Shown one piece after another: positions 16,859 to 22,688 of a DNA stretch of 22,688 nt. The translations under genes were made by a program, and so were the position numbers. The notes under the pieces are model-generated. The model ran no database searches, was not told the DNA's origin, and saw only the letters and a program-made list of their open reading frames with translations. The DNA comes from Thermodesulfobacteriota bacterium (GTDB taxonomy: Bacteria; Desulfobacterota; Desulfobulbia; Desulfobulbales; SURF-16): positions 1-22,688 of the forward strand of contig JBDLIE010000041.1 in the NCBI GenBank assembly GCA_039715015.1, in the 5' to 3' direction. The stretch's first letter is position 1. Each line of letters opens with the position of its first letter.

Positions 16859-17383
16859 TTAGCTCTTGGCTAAAAAGGCATGCAGGGCCTTTTGGGCATC
16901 AACAACCTGGCGTCCCCATTGAAATGCAAAGGAGGCTGTCCAGTGAAAGACGGCACTGGCACGTTTGCCTTCCATATAAAGATCCAGACCTTTTCTGATC
17001 TCAAGATAGATGTTTTTCAGGTCGATTCTGATATCGTGCTGTTCTGGGACCTGCTTTTCATCGGATAATGGATCAATAACAGATTGAAAATTATGAAAGG
17101 GCAGGCTGTCAAAGCGTTGGGTAATTTCTAACGCTTCTCTGTGATGAAGGCCCAGGAGGTCAATATCCTCATAATGGGGCTCGACCTCAGGCAACAATAG
17201 GATTTGCTGATAGAGAGAAGAAAGAAGGTTGAGGGCGGAATAGATTTCATCCTCGTAATCTTCTGGGCCTATTTCAACCCACTTGCAAAACTCGTTGGCA
17301 ATTTCAGCAAAGGTAAGAATGGCCTCAAGTTCTTCAGTGATGAAAATATCATTGGGATCAAGGGCATGGTTTGGTGGTGCCAT
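16859..17383 (-). CDS. DUF5063-like acidic helical protein
   Basis: Pattern A.EFC.WVE...L..LY...LLLP...DL..IY..I..GL..Y...A...W..SF...WG......ALH, recalled as DUF5063. Confidence 0.7.
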   Translation of the reverse strand: MAPPNHALDPNDIFITEELEAILTFAEIANEFCKWVEIGPEDYEDEIYSALNLLSSLYQQILLLPEVEPHYEDIDLLGLHHREALEITQRFDSLPFHNFQSVIDPLSDEKQVPEQHDIRIDLKNIYLEIRKGLDLYMEGKRASAVFHWTASFAFQWGRQVVDAQKALHAFLAKS

Positions 17384-17425
17384 AGGTTTTAGGAGTTTTG
17401 CCGGGTTACGGTAAGGTGGAGAATA

Positions 17426-18199
17426 TTATTTTCTTCTCTTTAAAGTGGGGGCACCTGTGAGGACAAGCTGCAGCCAATCATAGCCAAAGGAAAGAAGGGA
17501 CAGGTCATCACGCTCAATGGAGCGTACCCGGGTAGCTGGCATTTTAAATTCAGCAAGAATGTTTTTGTCTCGCACATAGTCACGGAAGCCATCGATATTA
17601 TAGCTAACCAGAAAAGCAAGTTTTTGGCGCGGGCCAGCAACACCTTCACCAGCCCAGGGGCTGGTGGCAAAAATTGTATCCATCTCAGCCCAACGGTCTG
17701 CGTGACTATTATGAACCATGAGCTTCTGGTCACGGAGCCATTCCTTAACCGTCCATGTTTTGTCTTCAGCGTGGCCCTTGCAGTAGTCGTGGTTTGTCAG
17801 GAAGTAGAATTCGTCGGCTCGGCCCCGTGTCGCTGTACGGTCAACAGCACGTTCCAGGGGATACATACGACAGGCTGATGGTCTATTCTCATAGACTGAG
17901 CAGCCTTCCGGGCCCAGGAAGGGACAGGCGTTGACCGGGGTCATCTTCATCATAAGAGATGGAAAACTGGGATTGGGACCTTTAACCACATTAACGTACT
18001 TTTCCAGAAACTCATCAGAGCGGATGTTGAGGTGGTTTTTTAAGAGGATGATGTCATAGGGATAGAGGAGCATATCCACATTCCGGCAGCAGGTAAGCCA
18101 GCAGGAAACACCGGGATGGCAGGAGAAGGAAAAGGAGTCCTTGCCTAATGGCACCATACCGTCGGGGAATTTTTTTTCTTGTTTGTCAGCAGCGCACAT
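17426..18199 (-). CDS. YkgJ / UPF0153 cysteine-cluster (putative Fe-S or Zn) protein
   Basis: FSCHPGVSCWLTCC, CPFL...GCSVYENRPSACRMYPL, and a later YCKG cysteine. Confidence 0.85.
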   Translation of the reverse strand: MCAADKQEKKFPDGMVPLGKDSFSFSCHPGVSCWLTCCRNVDMLLYPYDIILLKNHLNIRSDEFLEKYVNVVKGPNPSFPSLMMKMTPVNACPFLGPEGCSVYENRPSACRMYPLERAVDRTATRGRADEFYFLTNHDYCKGHAEDKTWTVKEWLRDQKLMVHNSHADRWAEMDTIFATSPWAGEGVAGPRQKLAFLVSYNIDGFRDYVRDKNILAEFKMPATRVRSIERDDLSLLSFGYDWLQLVLTGAPTLKRRK

Positions 18200-18300
18200 T
18201 TTAATATCAGTTTAAAGCTGGCTTGAGCCGGTTAAAAGTAACAAGGTGTTTCGTTAATATAGACGCCTTCTTTACCATTTGCGCCCAGCCGGGTCAAGCG

Positions 18301-19956
18301 ATGCGATTTACCACATTTTTTTTTACTCTTTCTGTTTTTCTCTTTCTGTCGTTAGAAAATCTTCAGGCCCAAGATCTGGCCGCCTGGGTCGTTCGTTTTG
18401 ATATCGATTCCAGAGAAAAGATAGATGCCATCTGCTCCCAGGCCCAGCAAAACCGTTTTGACAGGTTGCTTGTTCAGGTGCGTGGCCGGGCTGATGCCTA
18501 TTATCAGAGCGATTTGGTGCCCAGGGCTGAAGACCTTGAGGCAGAGTTTGATCCTCTTGCTGAGGTACTTGCTAGATGCAAAAATATTGAAATCGATGCC
18601 TGGCTTAATGTCTACTATCTCTGGACCGGTGATACCCCTCCGTTAGACGAAGAACACCCTGCTTTGCGGAGGTCGTGGTTAATTAAGGACAACCAGGGGC
18701 GGCGGGTTGATACTTATAACGCCCTTGAGCAGAGTCAGCGTTGGATTGAAGGTATCTATGCTGATCCTGCTTCTGAGAAGTATCGGCGCTATTTCGTTGC
18801 TGCAGTTTTAGAGGTGGTGCGGAAATATCCTGTGGGCGGAATCCATCTCGATTTTGTTCGCTACCCTGGTTCTTTTTTTGGGGCCGGGGGGGGGCTGGCT
18901 CAGGTGTTTGAGCAGGAGTATGGTCTTGCGGTAAGGGGACTCCCAGAGAAGATCACCCGCCAGGATTTTGCTGCTTGGCTTAATGGCAGCTTGCCAGCTA
19001 ATGAGAGGCGGTTAATCACGGCCCGGCTTATCTGGGATTATCGGCGCGCAGCAGAGGTGAGTGAGCTTGTGGCCATGGTCCGCGCTGCTTTACAAAAAGC
19101 ACGGCCTGGTATTCGTCTCTCGGTCTCTGTTTTTCCTGATCCAGTGGAGGCCTTTTTGGACAAGGGCCAGGACTGGCCGGGCTGGCTTCGGTCCGGCATC
19201 GTTGATGAGCTCTTTGTTATGAATTATTTTGGAGATAAAAATCGGGTCCAGGCCCTTTATGATGAGGTCGTTCAGGTGGCCGGCAGTACTGCGAAGCTTT
19301 GGCTCGGCTTAGGGGCATACATTAAATCGCCGGATGATATCGCTGAAGAAATGTCCCTTTGTCTTGGTGGCAAGCAGGGCACTTGTTTCTTCAGTTTAGG
19401 GCATTTTCTCAGACAACGTAAATCGGTCCGAGCTTATGCCGATGTTGTCCGCAAGCAACAAAAGGTTGAGGAGGTTGTGCGAGGTGAAGGACGGATCAGC
19501 CATCTTGCCGGTGCTCTCCAACAAGTAAAGGCATGTTTGGCTGAATATAAAACCACAAGCTGTGAAGCTGAAGACAATTTACTGCACATGGGTAACGATC
19601 AGCGCCGCAGTCTTTTGGTAAATCACGAAACCAGCCGTCCATGGCTTGAATTGCGGGGGATCTTTAGATACATAAGCCCCTATGATGGCCTTGTAAGGGT
19701 GGAGGAGCAATTTAAGCTTGCCCGTGAGAGCTATGGACTTCTCCTGGAGGGGTTGCCTTTTGATGAGGTAGCACAGGATTATTCCCAGGCAGGGTCCCGT
19801 TATCATGGTGGTCTTTTGCCCCGCCGTTATCTGCGAAAGGGTGATAGGCTGGATGAGATTCTTGCAGAACTGGAACCGGGCCAGATTAGCCCGGTTATTC
19901 CAGTTCATAACGGTTTTTGGGTCTATCAGGTTGTTGACAAAGGAAGGCTGTGGTGA
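18301..19956 (+). CDS. Glycosyl-hydrolase-like family 10 (DUF187/YddW-type) protein with a C-terminal degenerate parvulin (PpiC) domain
   Basis: Signal peptide from ATG 18301; LLVQVRGRADAYY.S, FDPL, IDAWLN, GIHLDFVRYP, QDW..W...GIVD....MNY; C-terminal FDEVAQDYS..GS...GG.L...LEPGQISPVI..NGFWV. Confidence 0.8.
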   Translation: MRFTTFFFTLSVFLFLSLENLQAQDLAAWVVRFDIDSREKIDAICSQAQQNRFDRLLVQVRGRADAYYQSDLVPRAEDLEAEFDPLAEVLARCKNIEIDAWLNVYYLWTGDTPPLDEEHPALRRSWLIKDNQGRRVDTYNALEQSQRWIEGIYADPASEKYRRYFVAAVLEVVRKYPVGGIHLDFVRYPGSFFGAGGGLAQVFEQEYGLAVRGLPEKITRQDFAAWLNGSLPANERRLITARLIWDYRRAAEVSELVAMVRAALQKARPGIRLSVSVFPDPVEAFLDKGQDWPGWLRSGIVDELFVMNYFGDKNRVQALYDEVVQVAGSTAKLWLGLGAYIKSPDDIAEEMSLCLGGKQGTCFFSLGHFLRQRKSVRAYADVVRKQQKVEEVVRGEGRISHLAGALQQVKACLAEYKTTSCEAEDNLLHMGNDQRRSLLVNHETSRPWLELRGIFRYISPYDGLVRVEEQFKLARESYGLLLEGLPFDEVAQDYSQAGSRYHGGLLPRRYLRKGDRLDEILAELEPGQISPVIPVHNGFWVYQVVDKGRLW

Positions 19957-19978
19957 CATAGTTCCATAGGGGCAGCGC

Positions 19979-20983
19979 TTAGTCGCGCAGGTTCTTCTTG
20001 ATGCATTTTTTCCAGACTTCATTGGCAAATATTTTGTGCGTCTCGGTAGCTGGGTGCATCTCATCCCAGAAGACACTTGTTGATTTGAAGGGTACAGCCG
20101 TGCAGTTTTCTAGCAGAAAGGTCGCGGGAGGCTGAAAAAGGCAGCCGCTGGCTGGCCCTGTTCCAACATTGTTTGGCAAGTCATAGTCAGCTGGAGCGGC
20201 GAGGATTTTATTGAAAATGGTGAAGGCGTCAAAAAGAACCACCTTAGCTTCCGTGGTACTGTTTAAACTTTCAACGCCCTGGGCAAGTAGGTCGTTATGG
20301 ACATAGGTTAACTGGCTTAGAAGATCACATATTCCAAAGATGTTGCAGAATGGCGTTTGTCCCAGATCAGGAAGATTTCCAACCACCACCAGTTCGCCGC
20401 CATTATCTGTTATGGCTGCAGCCGCCTCCAAAATGTTTTTTGCGGCCAGAAAGGGATCTGGCTCTATACCTAAAGCAAGATTGTTAAAGTAGTCATTGGC
20501 GCCAGTCCACATAAAAAAGACGGTGTTATCAAGGCTCGCGTTGTTTTCCTCTACACCGGCGATATACTGCTGAACTTGTCCTAAAAGACCTGGAACGAGC
20601 ATCAGGCCAGGGGTGAGATTTTGTATGCCATTTTCCGATCCGCCATATCCATATGAAACGCTATCTGTGTTGAAATCAAAACCTTGGGTGGATGGTTTTA
20701 TGGCTACTTTAAGTTTGTGGGCTAAAAAATTAGAAACCACCGGACCGTTAGAAAAATTGCCACGGTCATAACGGGTTGCTGGTGGGATAACGAGCCCTGG
20801 AACGAGTAAGCCATCAGGAGTTGTTTGGAAATAAGATGCGGAAAGATCGTTGCCAATGTCAACCAGACTGTCTCCAAAAATAATCAGTTTCAATTTGTCT
20901 TCAGAGCTATGTGACGTAGCAAAACATGGTAATTGGATGGCAATGACTAATAGCAATATCCTAACAAGAGAGAAGCTTTTCAT
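19979..20983 (-). CDS. Secreted SGNH/GDSL lipase/esterase
   Basis: IFGDSLVDIGN (block I), FSNGP, WTGANDY (block III), NLPDLG.TP, FWDEMHP (block V). ATG 20983 has an AAAGGA RBS and is followed by a signal peptide. Confidence 0.9.
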   Translation of the reverse strand: MKSFSLVRILLLVIAIQLPCFATSHSSEDKLKLIIFGDSLVDIGNDLSASYFQTTPDGLLVPGLVIPPATRYDRGNFSNGPVVSNFLAHKLKVAIKPSTQGFDFNTDSVSYGYGGSENGIQNLTPGLMLVPGLLGQVQQYIAGVEENNASLDNTVFFMWTGANDYFNNLALGIEPDPFLAAKNILEAAAAITDNGGELVVVGNLPDLGQTPFCNIFGICDLLSQLTYVHNDLLAQGVESLNSTTEAKVVLFDAFTIFNKILAAPADYDLPNNVGTGPASGCLFQPPATFLLENCTAVPFKSTSVFWDEMHPATETHKIFANEVWKKCIKKNLRD

Positions 20984-21112
20984 GGCAATATCCTTTGGTT
21001 GATGAAAGAAAAATGAAATGGGCGGGTCAAGCAAAAAGAATTCCCCTGACAGAAGGTATCATTAGAGCGTTAAGGTTGCAAAAGAGTAGGGCGGGTATGA
21101 CTTGAGAATCGA

Positions 21113-21790
21113 TCAGATTAATTCCTTTATAATCTCTTGGGTTTTCATCATGGCCTCCAGATAAATGGAGTTTAATCGGCTAAAAAGGAAGAATGTCAGA
21201 AATAGGTTCTTCAATATGGCCCTGTTTTATGCCATGGTATAGAGAGAGGAGAGCCCAGATACGCAATCTGCTGGGCTTTGGAACCTGAATAACGAGATCG
21301 CCAAGTTCGTCGATGCCACATTGGGAATTATTTATGCGAGTAATGAGTTCTAATAAGAATAGTTCATTGTTTTGTAGGCATTGGGTGATGAGGATCTGCG
21401 GTTTAACAAAGAAATAAACTTAAAAGCGGTCAAAGACAAAGTGTAGACAAAGGCAGGCGTGGGGCTTGAACTTCCGTGACAACATCAGGGGCTGGATGTC
21501 TGTGGAAAAAGTTGGTGAAATTGATGAAGATCCGGCGGCCTCCAACAAGGCGCTTCATGCCGAATTCGAGAAAAGTATTGAGTACAGTAAGGTCTGTTGC
21601 AAGATTTCCTTCCGGGCTGGATTCAGGGTCTTGGTCATCATGATGAATAGAGCAAATCATAGCCATAAACGTTGTTGTGTCGGTATAAAATGGGCTGACG
21701 GCCAGCCTGAATGACTGCGGGCGGAGTATTCTTGAATGAAAAGTTGATAGGAGTTTTGCATTGAAAGATGAGATGAGCTGGCCAAGGCGT
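21113..21790 (-). pseudogene. Decayed EAL/HDOD (YuxH-like) signalling-protein gene
   Basis: Manual translation gives colinear fragments in different frames: GRQPILYRHNNVYGYDLLY / EGNLATDLTVLNTFLEFGMKRLVGGRRIFINFT / FDRF*VYFFVKPQIL..LLELITRINN..IDELGDLVIQ / RLRIWALL / EEPISDILP / IYLEAMMKTQEIIKELI*. The 5' boundary is approximate. Confidence 0.75.
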
Positions 21791-21855
21791 TTATATTACT
21801 CCTGTATTTTAAGCGATAGTATTAATTATAGCCCTGAGACAGTACCTGGCGGAAA

Positions 21856-22500
21856 TCAGGTTTTTGATAACCATTTTTTTCCTGGCTCAACACTAAAATG
21901 CATTTCATCTCCCTTAGTGGGATGACGGATATGCATTTCTCTGGCATGAAGAGCGATGGCATCATCTCCAAAGGGAAATGTTGAGCCGTATCGTTTGTCG
22001 CCAAGCAGAGGAAAGCCGTGATGGGCGAACTGAACCCTGATCTGGTGATAGCGACCAGTTATTAGGTGAATCTCGACAAGACTGATACCTTTTTGATAGC
22101 GAAGACGTTTAAAAGTAAGTTTGGACTCCTTGCCTTCTTCCGGTGCGACTACTTTTGAGTGAAATTTCTGCCGTTGAAGATAATCTGTCCATGAACCTTT
22201 TTGTGGTGTTTTCCCCTCCGCCTGAGCCCAGTATATTTTGCGAGGACGGTGGGTTCTTATTTCTGTAGAAAGTCGCGAGGCCGCCTTGGACGTCCGTGCT
22301 AAAACGACAACACCTGACGCAAGACGATCGAGGCGATGCACCAAGCCAAGATAAACATTGCCTGGTTTCCTGTACTTTTCCTTCAACCAAGCTTTAGCTT
22401 CGTCAAGTAACGTTGCCCGACCTGTGTGATCCCCCTGCACCAATTGGCCAGATGGTTTGTTTACCACAAGCAGGTGGTTATCTTGGTATATAATTTCCAT
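21856..22500 (-). CDS. RluA-family RNA pseudouridine synthase
   Basis: IIYQDNHLLVVNKPSG, VHRLDRLASG (catalytic Asp), TGRYHQIRVQ..G.PLLGD.RYG, LHA..HP. Confidence 0.93.
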   Translation of the reverse strand: MEIIYQDNHLLVVNKPSGQLVQGDHTGRATLLDEAKAWLKEKYRKPGNVYLGLVHRLDRLASGVVVLARTSKAASRLSTEIRTHRPRKIYWAQAEGKTPQKGSWTDYLQRQKFHSKVVAPEEGKESKLTFKRLRYQKGISLVEIHLITGRYHQIRVQFAHHGFPLLGDKRYGSTFPFGDDAIALHAREMHIRHPTKGDEMHFSVEPGKKWLSKT

Positions 22501-22555
22501 AAAAAAATTCTCCTCTCTTCGTCCTTAATATGCCGGAAAATTCTTAATTAGAAAA

Positions 22556-22688
22556 CATAAACCACCAGTTTTACTGGTGGGTCCTAGCTGTGCTAAGCCG
22601 GTAGCGTGGTGGTGACAAAAATTGCATACTTCCTTACCCTCCGAGAGGGTGACCTGAAGGGTAGAAGTAGGAGGTGATCCTCCCCCGA
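22556..22688 (+). mobile_element. Probable left end and 5' leader of an IS200/IS605-family element (tnpA expected just beyond the window)
   Basis: Subterminal hairpin ccaccagt-ttt-actggtgg (22562-22580) after cataaa, then a structured leader (22627-22669) adjoining a strong AGGAGGTG RBS. No transposase sequence lies within the window. Confidence 0.6.

Noticed and set aside
21113..21151. Apparent small peptide MMKTQEIIKELI with GGAGG RBS, or Sec read-through at TGA
   Set aside because: Better explained as the C-terminus of the EAL-HDOD pseudogene (GGAGG comes from the L-E-A codons); no SECIS-like hairpin seen.
21430..21714. ORFs 21430..21666 (-) and 21466..21714 (+) as real genes
   Set aside because: The first is a chimeric fragment of the pseudogene and the second is its antisense shadow.

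Overview
A 22.7-kb bacterial chromosomal window. Gene content is consistent with a Desulfobacterota-type anaerobe (inference only). It is mostly housekeeping genes: an outer-membrane beta-barrel, an alpha/beta hydrolase, a shikimate-kinase-like/ACT/UPF0210 (PFL-family) operon, an orphan ParB-like gene, an HD-domain tRNA nucleotidyltransferase, glgP, comEA, two cold-shock genes, arfB, DUF5063-like, YkgJ-like, a GHL10 glycoside hydrolase, a GDSL hydrolase and an RluA-family pseudouridine synthase. The most interesting locus lies between the two convergent cold-shock genes: a CDF transporter with a Mn-type ND-DD site, a CDP-archaeol-synthase-like (CarS/DUF46) membrane domain fused to a calcineurin-like metallophosphoesterase, and a CDP-alcohol phosphatidyltransferase. 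Together these suggest an accessory phospholipid pathway of unknown product. Elements absent from the ORF track include a ~193-bp MITE (perfect 23-bp TIRs, 8-9-bp target duplication) carrying a GTAG REP doublet, a heavily decayed EAL-HDOD pseudogene (21113-~21790), and a probable IS200/IS605 left end at the window's right edge. All family calls come from motif recognition by eye; no database searches were run.
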